Part shown: one piece after another, positions 27,139 through 40,674 of the stretch | Position numbering within the stretch: position 1 is the stretch's first letter | How the letters are laid out: every line of letters starts with the position of its first letter | Assembly: GCA_951406725.2 (NCBI GenBank) | Contig: OX597817.1 | Span: 37,572,001-37,636,000, forward strand | DNA length: 64,000 bases | Direction: 5' to 3' | From: Octopus vulgaris | Taxonomy: Eukaryota | Notes under the pieces: generated by a model | What the model saw: the letters and a program-made list of their open reading frames with translations, nothing else | What the model was told of the DNA's origin: nothing | Databases searched by the model: none | Made by a program: the position numbers and the translations under genes

Positions 27139-27354
27139 TGTGAAGTATATTTGCCACTTAAATACCCAGAAACTCGGGTCCGTGCATATCACGTCAGATC
27201 GACGATGGGGAGGATAGCTTCCCTTTGTAAATATTGATAGGGCACAGAAAGTGTGTCAATAGCCAGCTGGAGAAGATGTTCTCCTGGGGCTACAAGCTAC
27301 AGTAGCATCCACCCTTAGTGGTTAGCCACATTTAAGTGGCAAATATACTTCACA
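27139..27354. repeat. 25-bp perfect inverted repeats enclosing 166 bp (MITE-like or local inversion)
   Basis: TGTGAAGTATATTTGCCACTTAAAT (27139-27163) / ATTTAAGTGGCAAATATACTTCACA (27330-27354). Confidence 0.8.
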
Positions 27355-27605
27355 CACACACACACACACATATATTTTTTTTCAAACAATCATAAAGAAT
27401 ACAGACTAATACATCATCAAATTTTTCTTTTGATTTTACAGTTTGTCATACAGCATAATTATTTGGTTACAATGACTGACATTTTTTTCAAATCGTCGTT
27501 GTTGGAACGTAGATATCGAAAGCAATATCACATTTGGAACTTGAGAAAAGTCTTTTGCAGTAATTTCTTTTCATTCTCATCTTTTTAAATATTTATATAT
27601 TTCAG

Positions 27606-27751
27606 ATGACAAAATCAAATATATACCAGATAGCTGCTGTCAAAAGAAGGCCAATTTAACTCGTTGCACAGGAGGACTTGAAAAAGATATGGCTCCATAT
27701 TTAGGACCGCCAGTACTGCCACATCAATATAACGATCAAATGTACGGCAAG
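27606..27751 (+). CDS. Tetraspanin, internal coding exon (large extracellular loop EC2, PxSCC region)
   Basis: tttcag acceptor and AAG|gtatgt donor. The 146-nt exon (phase 1 to 0) reads (D)DKIKYIPDSCCQKKANLTRCTGGLEKDMAPYLGPPVLPHQYNDQMYGK. It has the tetraspanin PxSCC motif, a further Cys and an N-glycosylation sequon (NLT), and joins in frame to the next exon. Confidence 0.92.
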
Positions 27752-27924
27752 GTATGTAGAAATTTCATTAAATTCTTCGAATAAGAAAATTTTCAACGGG
27801 AAACAACGACGAGTTGATGCTCATAGTTCGAAGAATGTCTCATTTAGAAAGTGTTTCAGAAAACCTCGTTTCAAGCAAAATTTTCGGGTTCTGACAACTG
27901 AGCGTCGGTCAACGATAAATCTTA

Positions 27925-27981
<57 letters not shown>

Positions 27982-28424
27982 AGTGCACACACATGTGTGA
28001 GTATGTATGTATGTATGTGAGAGTGTGTTTGCGCGTATTTTGTTTATATTCATATGTATATAAAGACCCCATTCGAGGCACAAGTCTGCAGAAAACCAGC
28101 AGTCGCTCACGCATACCAGCCTCCTCCTCTCCACGCCACTGATGTTATCCAAGGGAAAGGCAAAGGCTGATACAGCTTGGCACCAGTGACGTCGCAGCTC
28201 ATTTCTACAGCTGAGTGAACTGGAACAGCATGAAATAAAGTATCTTGCTCACGAACAAAACATACAATCCGATCTGGGAATCGAACTCACACCGAAGTGT
28301 ACAGTATTATATAACCATTTCTGCCAATCTGACATCCGGTTGAAAAACCTTAGTGCGAAATCGATTGGTAAGATCGACTGAAATGCTGTGCATTTTGATT
28401 AATACGATTAAGTGGCGGTTTCCC

Positions 28425-28816
28425 CTTATGGATGGTATCATCATCATCAATGGCGGAATGTGGCCGTCCAGGAATAGGAGCAGTTTCCACCAATGTCCAA
28501 CTACATTTGAACTAGCGATGTCAGTGCTTGACTACATCGTATGATGGTGCATCGTCACCATGAACTTCTTTCATTTCATCGAAAGTCTCTTTTGGTGTAC
28601 GATCTTTCAAGAATAAGAACTTGATCACTGGTCTGCATTCAACTGCCTCCATTGTAACACCTTAATCCACCTCAGCAGCCGTAAAAGACAAACTAATACT
28701 AGTGGAAATCTGCAATTTACACTGTCATATGTAGAGACATGTATGATTACACCTGTACAAGTTCCATTTCCTACAATAACCGAAAGTGGGTCAGGGGCAA
28801 TGTTTAATGAGCACAC
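28425..28816 (-). mobile_element. Tc1/mariner (mariner-type) transposon 5' remnant with transposase N-terminus pseudogene
   Basis: From ATG 28652 (minus strand): MEAVECRPVIKFLFLKDRTPKETFDEMKEVHGDDAPSYDVVKH*HR*FKCSWTLVETAPIPGRP, a mariner HTH domain ending in GRP with two stops. TIR-like sequence near 28790-28816. Confidence 0.85.
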
Positions 28817-29294
28817 ACACACACTCTATTGACAAATTTATGAGTGCATGGGAAAGTTAATGTACCCCACCAAGACATTGGCCTAATCGTCAACTTCTTG
28901 ATTTGTTCTTGACTGCAACTACCTTATATACTGCCAAAGCAACTCCGAAGAGAAGCTGTCTGGTGATTACTGAGTAGTTTATAGTCAACAGAATTACGGT
29001 TAATTGTGGCTGAAGGCCGAATTAAATGCGATCCGAATTTTTCGCATATTTATATATATGTGTGTGTGTGTATAATTGAGTGTGTGAGAGACCGAGAGTG
29101 GTAAATATGGAAGACTAGTGGTAGCAAAATATGTTACAAGCTGTAATTAAATACGATATTCTTGCAATGTATTCTCGATGAAATAATTTGGTATACAACT
29201 GAATAAAAACTAACTGGGAGAAATTACTTAATTTTATCATTACAGTTGTTGTTAGTTATCTTCATTACTTCACTTGTCCATTCCTTTAGACTGT

Positions 29295-29610
29295 TCTGTT
29301 CTACGTTCAGGTTTGAAATTCTTTAAACTTTCCCATGTTGACATGTTCATTCCATTAAACTTTCCGGGCAATTCTATTAAACTTTCGTAATTTCGTACGC
29401 TAACACATTCTTTCCATTAAACATTCCGTACGTTAACATCCTCATTCCTTTAAACTTTTCTACGTTCAAATATTCATTCTATAAAACTTTTCTACGTTCA
29501 AATATTCATTCCTTTAAACTTTTCTACGTTCAAATATTCATTCTATAAAACTTTTCTACGTTCAAATATTCATTCTTTTAAACTTTACTACGTTCAACTG
29601 TTTCCTTTAA
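29295..29610. repeat. 32-bp minisatellite
   Basis: Unit AAACTTTTCTACGTTCAAATATTCATTC+(TATA/CTTT) with period 32 at 29452-29600, and degenerate units upstream. Confidence 0.9.
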
Positions 29611-31314
29611 AGAAACGTTACTTCACTAAAGTTTTCATTCCTTCCTTTTGTTTCTTTTTTTTTTATACATCTAAATTTTCATATCATGAACTCATTTTTC
29701 ATAATTAATTCATTCTTCAAATTTGCATATAAAATCTGTATTTAGATTTGTTTTATAAATCTTATGTTCGTAGATTTAGAATTTTTCTCGTTTCCATTTT
29801 AACAATTTTAATATATTTTGCTTCGTTTTCTTTTTACTTTTATCTATCAACTTTAAGATTCCTCTCGTCATCTAATTTTTTTTTTATTACTTTGTTTAGT
29901 CATTCCTTTTTTTTCTGTTATTTGAAACTTCTTTCACTGCATGTTCTGTATATCTCTCAAGAGGTTAGTTTTGCCTGGAAGATAGTAAGTTCTGTTTACT
30001 GAAGAGACACTTAAACATTTGTTATTATATAATATTATACACAATAAAAAAAAAAGAAGAAACAACAAAGACCTCACATTCCTCTAGGCTAGAATCATAG
30101 TTAAGCTCCGGGCAGCTCAGGTTTGTTTGTTTGTTGGTGCTGTGTTTTTTTTTTTTTTAATTTTTGGCAGAAAATAGTTCTATAGAAGAGTTGAATAACG
30201 AACGTCTGCAAAGAGAGAAAAAAAAATAGGAAACTATAAGAAAAGAAAGAAAGAAAGAAAGAAGGAAAATTATTAAGGATGAAAGCAATTCGGAATGGCT
30301 GAGCCAAAATCTATTCTGGGAATTTGTGTTTAGTCAATCAAAAAGAGTGTGTATTTGTATATTACTGTTATAACTATCTTGTAACTATTATTGTTGTTAG
30401 TGGTGGTGGTGGTGGTGGTGGTGATGATGGTGGTGGCATTGATGATTATGATGACTACGAGGATACATTGACGACGACGATGAGGATTATGGCGAGGTGA
30501 AACATGGTGGCTATAATGATGGTTCTGTGGTTTTGATGACTATCGTGATGATGATAGGGTGGGGGAGGAGGAGGAGGAGGAAGAGGAGCATAATGACTAT
30601 AATGATGGTTTTGATGAGTATGGTGATGACGATTAGGATAATGGTGTTGATGGTGGATAAACTGATGATGATGAAGATGGTGGTGGTAGTGGTGGTGGTG
30701 GTGGTGGTGGTTAAAAATGGTTTTGCTGATGATAATGAGGGTTGAAATGATGATGATGTGAAAGAGGAGGAGAAGGAGGAGGAACATGATGTCTATGATG
30801 ATGATGGTGGTGGTGGTTAAAATGATGACGACGACAGCTATAATCATGATTAGTAAAAATTCAGTATAGATATTTTTTTTGTGTAGGGATTTGTTTTGTT
30901 TTTTTTGTCTTGTTACTTTTTCCCTCTCTAAAACCCATATTCATGCCAGTCATATCAGTGATGTCTATTTAGCTGCTTCTGTTGAGTTTTCCTCCTTGTT
31001 GCTGATCATGACGTTAATGATGATGATGATGATTACGATGATTTTGTTGCTATTATTTTTATTGTTGTTATTGTCTCTTTCATTGTTTTAACTTCAACTA
31101 AAGAGACAGCATTGATTTCACTCATCTTGTTTTCCTTCATTTTTTTCTGTGCATATGATTTTTTTTTTTGATTTTTGAAATATATTTTTTTTAAATTCAT
31201 CTTCATTTTCAACTTTCATTTGAAAATACATTCTCTAATTTTGATATTCCATATTTTTTCTTCAAAATGTATATAGTATATGTGTACGTGCATGCGATTA
31301 TATATATATATATT

Positions 31315-31463
31315 GTGTGTGGTAAGTAGCTTTCTAACCAACCACATGGTTCCGGGTTCAGTCCCACTGCGTGGCATCTTGGGCAAGTGTCTTCTGCTAT
31401 AGCCCCGGGCCGACCAATGCCCTGTAAGTGGATTTGGTAGATGGAAACTGAAAGAAGCCTGTC

Positions 31464-31531
<68 letters not shown>

Positions 31532-31740
31532 TTGTGTGTGTGTGTTTGTCCCCCTAGCATTGCTTGATGACCGATGTTGGTTTGTTTACGTCCCCGTCAC
31601 CCAGCGGTTCGGCAAAAGGGACCGATAGAATAAGTACTGGGCTTACAAAGAATAAGTCCCGGGGTCGATTAGCTCGACTAAAGGCGGTGCTCCAGCATGG
31701 CCGCAGTCAAATGACTGAAACAAGTAAAAGAGTAAAGAGT
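31315..31740 (+). mobile_element. SINE family B copy
   Basis: Same architecture as the 62840 copy. Confidence 0.9.
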
Positions 31741-31754
31741 ATATATATATATAT

Positions 31755-32052
31755 CACCTTGATCGGCCAGGCTATCAAATGTTGATACACATCGCTGGTC
31801 ACAATGCGCTTCGCATTGTTTTAGCCTTCAAATGACGCCACCCCGCTGGCCAAGCGAGCAGGCCAACAGAAGAAAGAATGAGAGAAAGTTGTGGCGAAAA
31901 AGTACAGCAGGGATCACCACCACCCCCTTCTGGAGCCTCGTGGAACTTTAGGTGTTTTCGCTCAATAAATACTCACAACGCCCGGTCTGGGAATCGAAAC
32001 CGCGATCCTACGACCGCGAGTCCGCTGCCCTAACCACTGGTCCATTGCCCTT
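31755..32052 (-). mobile_element. tRNA-derived SINE family D
   Basis: Head TGGACCAGTGGTTAGGGCAGCGG..GGTTTCGATTCCC and core TTATTGAGCGAAAACACCTAAAG. Confidence 0.85.
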
Positions 32053-32053
32053 C

Positions 32054-32084
<31 letters not shown>

Positions 32085-32604
32085 CGCTTAGGCATGGCGA
32101 TGCTAATAACCTGATGTAAGAACTCAATATGCTTATACAGAATAAAACGTTAGTCGAATACAGAGAGTAACATGAAGTTAGATAAATGACAAAGAAACAG
32201 ATTATGCAATGCACTTCATTAGCTTACAGTCGTTTCTGCTATAAGATGTAGTGCACTCAAGAACAATACCCATGACGTTGTTCAGACACTCCCTGATTGG
32301 TTAGAAAGAGGCTGGAAATTATCCTGAAACTATAGATATGGCTCGAATGGTCTCTACTAAAGATACCCAATCACCAGGTGGTAGAGTTCAATCGCACCGC
32401 TGATTACATGCACCAACCATGTTGGCTATTGTGAGTTTTGAAATCAGAACAAACGATTCCACCCGTCTACTGTCCGATATTGGTACTTTATTTATCATTC
32501 CCGGAAAAATAACAAGCGACATTAACCTCGGTGAGATTTGAGCTCAGAACGGACGAAGCTGGAATAATTTATCCGACACTTCTCCTATTCAGCCAACTTG
32601 CAAA

Positions 32605-32669
<65 letters not shown>

Positions 32670-33490
32670 GCGTAGTATTGATTATAGCTTAGAAGTTCAC
32701 TTCATATCACAAGGTCTTGGGTTCGATCTCGCCGTATCGTATCTTGGGCAATTGTCATTTTCTATGGATTGCAACTGTAAATGAGAAGGCAGAGCTTTGT
32801 TATGTACAATGTCACTGGATCTACCTGAAAATTATACTAAGAATACACGTGCCTGTTCAGAAACTTACATGCTAATGTATTTATGTAGTCACCATTTGTA
32901 GGTAGTGCATTTCTGGCCCACATCTGGTAGCATTTATCGAGTCAACACATCATTGACAACTATAAATTAGTGGATATCTCGTCGACACCACCAGGTAGTG
33001 GACGTCTGGACGTTAACTATAGGTAGTATTTATCTAGCAAACATCTGTTGACAGTTGCTACCACCTCTCAATCTGACCCCCATTTGTGATAATGGTCACT
33101 TGGTCGTTAATTGTAACTAATCGACTGCTTGTTTCATTTCATATTCTTTTTCTACGTAATTCACTTTTTATGTAGGCTATATTTTGACAATATTGCATTC
33201 ATCAAGTCAACATTTAACGGTTGAGAATAATTAATTGACACGTGTGTTTGTGTGTGTGTGCATGTGCGTGCGTGTGCGAGCTAGTATATTTTGTCTCTTT
33301 GTCTTCTCTCCTGGTACTGTATGAACATTTAATGCGATTTTAGAGTCAAGTTTTGGTTGCTATTTCCAGTTTGGTGGTTTCTCTTAGATACCCTGAATTA
33401 TAATTTTAACAATATTTACCTTTGAAGGTTTTTATTACCATGCTGGCCACCTGATAAGATCGGTATTTAAATAACGATCTCATCCTTATT

Positions 33491-33535
<45 letters not shown>

Positions 33536-33635
33536 TAATGCAAACAAGAAAACAAAAACAAAAAAATACAACAACGCAAGGACGTGGAACAAATAAAGTA
33601 TTATTGGACGCTCAGGAAAGAAGGGAAGAAGGAGG

Positions 33636-33670
33636 GTTTGACGTTTCGAGCGGAGCTCTTCGTCGGAAAC
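33636..33670 (-). ncRNA. Minimal hammerhead motif (U4C core variant), in a repeat at 33530-33745
   Basis: GUUU CCGACGA A GAGC UCC GCUC GAAA CG UC AAAC. 4-bp stem I and a GUC triplet. Confidence 0.65.
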
Positions 33671-33745
33671 ATAGGAGAAGGAAAGATCCCGAGAAGGGAA
33701 GACAGGGGAAAAAATCGCTAGTGGTACAGACGAGGTCACATACTG

Positions 33746-33782
<37 letters not shown>

Positions 33783-34012
33783 TTTTTTTATATATATATA
33801 TCATATGAAGAGGTCGTTCTGTGTATGTGTTACAATTACTCAGTCGACATCTACTTGTGTTTGTCCTGTTAATATCTTCTGGCAATCGACTGTCTACTTA
33901 TTCGTTCAATGTATATTTGTGTGATATTTCTAATATTTACGATGTTAACAGCATAAGTTTTGCTTGTCTGGATGATGTCATATCTCAGTGCTGTATCAAA
34001 AGTTAGATTATC

Positions 34013-34069
<57 letters not shown>

Positions 34070-34172
34070 ATGTCAACTACTGCTTTTAAATACGGTTCTA
34101 AATGTGGCAATCAATAAATTTTATCCGTTTTAGATTTGATTCATGGAAACCAAGCGAAAAGTGAATGTCGTA

Positions 34173-34580
34173 GGCGTAGGCGCGGCTATGTGGTAAGTAG
34201 CTTGCTTACCAACCACATGGTTCCGGGTTCAGTCCCACTGCGTGGTACCTTGGGCAAATGCCTTCTACTATACACTCGGGCCGACCAAAGCCTAGTGAGT
34301 GGATTTGGCAAATGGAAACTGAAAGAAGCTCAATGTATAATATGTATATATATATGTATGTGTGCATATGTTTGTGTGTCTGTGTTTGTCCCTGCCCCCA
34401 ACATCGCTTGACAGCCGATGCTGGTGTGTTTACGTCCCCGTAACTTAGCGGTTCAGCAAAAGAGACCGATAGAATAAGTACTAGGCTTACAAACAATAAG
34501 TCCTTGGGGGTCGATTTGCTCGACCAAAGGCGGTGTTCCAGCATGGCCACAGTCACATGACTGAAACAAGTAAAAGAGAG
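34173..34580 (+). mobile_element. SINE family B copy
   Basis: Full head to tail. Confidence 0.9.
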
Positions 34581-34745
34581 TCGGGTTCTGTCCTGTGTTC
34601 AGATGACTCAATAAGTACTCAGTTAAAAAGACATCGGCAATGGCGGGATCTAAGATAGGAGAGGAGACGGTGCCATGCATGATTGTGGTGGTATAGAGAG
34701 GTGGGTTTGGTAATAGTTTGCGGGACGTTGATACAATTTTAGAAG

Positions 34746-35080
34746 GCTACGTTCTGAGTTCAAATTCCGCCGAGGTCGACTTTGCCTTTCCTCCTTTCGG
34801 GGTCGATTAAGTAAGTACCAGTTGCGTACTGGGGTCGATATAATCGACTTAATCCGTTTGTCTGTCCTTGTTTGTCCTCTCTGTGTTTAGCCCCTTGTGG
34901 GTAGTAAAGAAATAGGTATTTCGTCTGTTTTTATGTTGTGAGTTCAAATTCCGCCGAGTTCGACTTTGCCTTTCATTCTTTCGGGGTCGATAAATTAAGT
35001 ACCAGTTACGTACTGGGGTCGATCTAATCGACTGGTCCCCTCCCCAAAAATTTCGGGCCTTGTGCCTAGAGTAGAAAAGA
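34746..35080 (+). mobile_element. SINE family A, 5'-truncated dimeric copy
   Basis: Two B-box/core units with different 3' tails. Confidence 0.85.
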
Positions 35081-35483
35081 CTAATTTGCGGATGTCTTTA
35101 CTTTTTTAACATTGAGTGGTGTATCAATGATCATTGGTTGAAAAGTGGATAGATTGTGTAGCAGTTGTACATTGGAGGTGGAGGTGACTGTAGCGATGGT
35201 GGTGAAGTGAGTGATTATGGTGGTGATGATGATGATAGAAGAGAAAACTTGATATATTAATGAGGAAGATAACGGTGTTTAGATTGATGTTGACAATGCT
35301 GATGATGACAACGGTGACGATGACGAATATGATGACGATAGTAACGATGACGGTGGCGATGATGATGACTAGAAGAACAACAGCTGTGATGAGATCGACA
35401 ACACTAGAAAAGCTAGTGGTGGGGTGAAGATGATGGTGAAGGAGAAGGATGTCAGTGATTGGGATATTAGTAATGATGACAAT

Positions 35484-35730
35484 GAAGAAGAGGAAAAAGA
35501 AGAAGAAGAGGACAAAGAAGAAGAGGACGAAGAACAAGAAGAGGACGAGGAAGAAGAAGACGAAGAGGACGAGGAAGAAGAAGAGGACGAAGAAGACGAA
35601 GACGAAGAGGAAGAGGACGAGGAAGAAGAGGACGAAGAAGAAGAAGAGGACGAGGAAGAAGAAGACGAAGAGGACGAGGAAGAAGAAAAGAAAGAGGAAG
35701 AAGAAGAAAAGGAAGAAAAGAAAGAAGAAT
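35484..35730. repeat. (GAA/GAG/GAC)n purine-rich array
   Basis: Direct inspection; intronic. Confidence 0.9.
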
Positions 35731-35969
35731 AAAAAGAAAATAACGATAACTATAATGAATGTAATAGCAGACGTTTTATATGCTGCAGCAACACTTTGTA
35801 ACTTGTGTATTGAGATACTTTGATGTATCGTGAAATTTTCATCTATTTTTTTTTTTTATTGTCTCATTTCAAGCAAAACAGAATTGCGTCTCCATCCTTA
35901 AATGGTTGGAAAACACTGTATCTTATATATTCATATTTCTAAATGACTTCCTCTTTTATATATTTTCAG

Positions 35970-36053
35970 GGCTGCTTCTCTGCTATTTCTGATCTTTTCT
36001 ACACTTATCTAAACGCTTTAGGTGGAGCAGCTTGTGGCGTTGCTTTGTTGATG
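35970..36053 (+). CDS. Tetraspanin, penultimate coding exon (GC motif and start of TM4)
   Basis: tattttcag acceptor and ATG|gtaagg donor. The 84-nt phase 0-0 exon reads GCFSAISDLFYTYLNALGGAACGVALLM. It opens with the conserved GC that closes EC2, followed by hydrophobic TM4. Confidence 0.93.
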
Positions 36054-36847
36054 GTAAGGAGATTTTTTTTTTACTTATTTGATATTTTTATTTGTTGTTG
36101 TTTCTGTAATATATATTGTGGAAAGACAGTATCTAATGTATAAATCAGGTATGGACAACCTATCTCGAGAGGTTACTTGAGACATGACTCATCATCAGGC
36201 GGGCCGCATATAAAAAATTCAAGGTTATTTTTTGTTGGCGTACCATTTAGAAAGTCCTGCAGGCTACAGTTTACCCATAAATAATGTAAATAAATCGCGC
36301 AACTATAAAAACTGAGTCATTTGTCAATCTCTACAGTTCCTTTTATTTTACAACTATCAAAGCGTCAAAGGTTCATCACGAACGCACGTTCGTGAGATGG
36401 TTGTGATATATAAGCAGTTCTGAATACAAACCAGAAAGCGAAGTATGAACACGCAATGCGCATATGCACACTGAATTCATAAAACGGAAGAGAATGATAA
36501 AACAGAGTGCGCATGTCAAAGTAAAACGGAAGATGAGAATAAAACAAGTTATATGATGGTTTGCATGCTACATCTCACACCATTATCACTCAGCTTTGTT
36601 GCAATTTCTCCAGATCGGAGAATCATAATATAGGAACGCTTGATTTTCTCATTGTTTAAAACATTGTTTTAGAGAATAGGTATAAATCATATTAAAATCC
36701 AATTGTTAAAAAAAGGTGTAAATTATTCGGTAGCTTGTTCTGAACCTGCAGCCAATATACTGACTTTCTATTTAATTCATCGCCATGATAGATCGTTAGC
36801 CACTACACACATTTTTCTCTCCTTGCTTCTCTCCTTTTTTCTGTCCC

Positions 36848-36881
36848 TTTGTGTAGAAGAGCGTAGGCTCGAAACGTAAAA
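36848..36881 (+). ncRNA. Minimal hammerhead-like motif (variant core), in a repeat at 36779-36978
   Basis: UUU GUGUAGA A GAGC GUAG GCUC GAAA CG UA AAA. Confidence 0.5.
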
Positions 36882-36974
36882 TACTTTTTTTCTATTCCTG
36901 AGCGTTATACTAATACATCTGTTTGTTTTGTACACCACCTGTCTTCGTCTTTTGTTGTTTTTTTCGTAAACTCT

Positions 36975-37067
<93 letters not shown>

Positions 37068-37651
37068 CGATAGGTTCATTGGTTATTTTAGGCTAAGAGA
37101 AAAGAATTCATGTTCTCGAGATTCAGTCAACAAGGGGGACACTATAAATATCTAAAAACCTATTTAAATCTCAGCATGTGATAAAAAAATTGCTATCTTA
37201 TTTGTTTGGGCGCGTTCAGATGGAGGTTCTTCCTATTTTTTTTTTTTTTGTCTAAATTCTTTGTTTCTTTGAGACTGTTTTATACTTTATCTAAAATATA
37301 TTAATAATATAGCAATATTTTAATAGTTTCTTCAGGACCAATCGTGTTACATAGGTGCGAACGCATATACGTAGAAGGATACAAGGGAACACACACACGC
37401 AAACATACATTCATACATATACACATGTATATTCATATAAATGTTTTTATGTATATACATAATGTACATAAATGCACGCTGTGCACACACGTAAGAGACA
37501 CAAACACACACATATGCATACAAGTATTTAAAATGCCAATATATAAGTTTATATACGTATGTGTGTGCGTGTATGAATGCACCACTATGTATGGATATGT
37601 ACGTATATATGTATGCATATAAGTATTCAAATATTCAGGTGTATATGTACG

Positions 37652-37693
<42 letters not shown>

Positions 37694-37875
37694 CACATAT
37701 ATACCTCAATATTTATATACCTCAATATTTGAATATATATAATATATATATATATATAACACAAAATGGGACAAGAACGCAAAACAGCCGGACAACTAGG
37801 TGATACAAAAAGGGACAATAAAACAGCCAGACAGACGATACAAAAAAACAAGGACGGGTCATTCGAAGCTTTCTA

Positions 37876-37948
37876 TCCTCAGTCAAAAACGGGATTCTCC
37901 TTGCAATTTCGGCTGATTAATCTTGAGATTGCTTCAATCTGGCCAGCC
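37876..37948 (-). ncRNA. Knotted hammerhead-like RNA motif, copy A
   Basis: GGCUG G CCAGAUU GAA GCAAU C UCAAGA UUAAU CAGCC GAA AUUGC AAG GAG AAUCCCG U UUUUGA CUGAGGA. Confidence 0.55.
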
Positions 37949-38278
37949 CCAAGGAATAAACTAAGCTAAGAGCATTAGGTTTCTTGGAAGAAAGCATCGA
38001 ATGTATACGAAAACAAGTACGGAAAACAGATGATGTTACACAAATATAAATACAATAATTATAATAATAACAACAACAACAGGACATAACAACAGGTGTC
38101 TTTCGAGTGGGGACGAATTGAATTCAGCTGGCCTGTGTGGAAATGAAGCCTTACGGCAGAGATACAAAACTTTCAGAAACACAGGGAAGAATATTGATGG
38201 GGCAGTGACCACAGTCAGAGACCGCTAGCAGTCTGGCCTATCGGTCACGTGAGACGAGAGAGAAAAAGAGGAACAAAA

Positions 38279-38392
38279 GAATTAAGGAGGGGAAGTGAAG
38301 AGAGAGTTGTAGAAGCAGATGGACAGAAGAATTAAGGAGGGGAAGTGAAGAGAGAGTTGTAGAAGCAGATGGACAGAAGAATTAAGGAGGGG
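38279..38392. repeat. 50-bp tandem repeat (~2.3 copies)
   Basis: GAATTAAGGAGGGGAAGTGAAGAGAGAGTTGTAGAAGCAGATGGACAGAA repeated exactly. Confidence 0.9.
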
Positions 38393-38736
38393 CGAGAAAA
38401 AATAACAGGGACATAGTGAAGTGAAAAGTGAGTAAGAAAAGAAGGCAAAGAAATCACTAAGTCCCTGTGATTTCTTTGTGTGTGTATATATTTATATATA
38501 TATTCAGAGAGAAAAGGCGGGACAGATTGAAAGAGAAACATACAGACAGAAAAAGACAGAGGCAGACACAGAGGAGAACGGACGAAAGAGATAGGCAGAC
38601 TGAGTTTAGGAGAAAGATTCATATATACACACACATTCAATTATAAAACCTCTCAGTTCATTAATAATTTTATCTATGTGTATGTGTGTGGTTCTTGTGT
38701 GTAAATGTATTCGGAGATAGTTAAATACAAGTATAC

Positions 38737-38767
<31 letters not shown>

Positions 38768-40232
38768 TGTATGTATGTAGACAGATATCTAGTATTATGT
38801 TAGAATTTCCATCTTTTTCCATCAGGCAATTTCTTGCTGGTCGTCTTTTGCTGACTCACTGAAATGACCTTATTTGGCTACCGAGGCGAGGCCGAACTAA
38901 TCCGATTTTCATATTTTCCTCTAACTTCCAAGATGTTGGCTGGGATCCAGGCCAATATATATCACTTGTGATCCAAAATCTTGTAGCAGGAATAAACTAG
39001 TCATAGTAACAATTAGTATTAATAAGGATATACGAATGTATATACAAGGAAGCTCTTAGCTGGTAATGGGGAAGCAATGACTAAAAAAAAGTTAATGTGT
39101 ATGTTATATTTTTTTCTTTTTTTAATTCTTTTTATCATTTCTGTAAAGACTGGAATAATTTCTAGCAAAGTAACAAAATTTTCTATATATAATTCGGTTA
39201 GTTATAATAATAATAAAAGAGCTACGACTGGCTCGAGTGAGAGATGAGCGGTGCAGCAAAAGTGAACATTGAGGAGGATGAAAACATCTGGCCCAGAATC
39301 GCAACATCTGACTCAAAATAATTCGTGCTGCTAGGCTCTAGTATTGCGAGAGTAAAAGCTGAAACACCTACAGAGCTGCTTCACGGCTTGGAAAGACATT
39401 GACTCTTATATTCAGAGACGGAGTACAGCAGAAACCCCAGCACACAAGTGTTCCTAAAACCGTGAATGTTAGAAATGTCATTTTATTCTTCTGTGTACAG
39501 ACTGTAAAATATGCAAAGTGCATATTAGCTGGTCGATTTCTGTGTTTGTACATCACGATTTTTTTCTTTAAATTATCACTTAGACATTTATTAAAATAAC
39601 CAAGAGCATAGTCATTATTGGTATAGATGTGAATTTATCATCTGGACTAAGACGTTGTAGACTGCGAAACAGTTGTCCATAAATATTCTGATTTTGAAAG
39701 AATTGTCCACATTTGAAAAGCAATTAATCTCTGGTAACTGTACATAATAATCCTTTTCTGTTCAGAGTTGTGGTGTAAATTCTATAAGAATTTCTTTTCT
39801 ACTGAAACTTGTGTGTATGCTTCAATATATATGTGCGTGTGTGTGTATCGAATGGATGTCTTACAAAAATATTCTGCACATACAATAACAGCTATACCAA
39901 CAATCCAACATACCTTTATCATCAGCTGCCCTACGGATATCACTATGATTTCGACACATGAGCAGTATCATTCAATACGGTGGTGTCAGTGGCACTAAAA
40001 TAAGTGTTGTTTGGGAACAAACATGCCTAAGATATCACCACATTCATTCAATCTTAATTCTAGGAAGGAATAAAATACTAACATATTAATTAAACTACAA
40101 CAAACAAATACATTTATCCTATGTACAAAAACAGTATCAGTAAATTAATTCTGTAAGTAAACATATAACTAACTCCTAAATTATCTAACTAAATGTCCAT
40201 GCAGATAATATTCCCACCAGTCTTCCATAATC

Positions 40233-40289
<57 letters not shown>

Positions 40290-40642
40290 CATTCATACCA
40301 ATACACAAACATGTACAAATTCACACACAAACGTATACACGTGTCTACTGGGAAATGTAGTCACAAACCCTGTTAGAAGTGACACTATAATTTAACCTTC
40401 ATTCCTTGAGACTCTATTATTGTCATAAAATAATGTGCACATAGGTAAACTAGTCTTTAAATCACGAAAGATAGATACTGCAAAAATGCCTTTGACCAAC
40501 GATCTGGAACAACAATTAGTTACAACTTCAAGCATATTTCAGACCAAAACTAAAAATATTTCCTTACAGGAAATTGATATTTATCGTGAGTTGTCCTAAA
40601 ATTTAGTAATTTGAATGCCATACATTGGACTCGCATATACAT

Positions 40643-40674
<32 letters not shown>

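Larger units (their letters stand above)
37758..38600 (-). mobile_element. Non-coding interspersed repeat carrying the knotted motif (PLE-pLTR or retrozyme-like)
   Basis: Colinear similarity with 42899-43520, starting ACAAAATGGGACAAGAACGCAAAAC after (AT)n. No ORF. The right boundary is approximate. Confidence 0.65.

Noticed and set aside
29452-29600. 32-bp repeats resembling a CRISPR array
   Set aside because: Units are contiguous with no unique spacers, there are no cas genes, and the context is eukaryotic.
35424-35732. Acidic poly-Glu/Asp ORF
   Set aside because: A purine trinucleotide array inside a tetraspanin intron, without splice signals.
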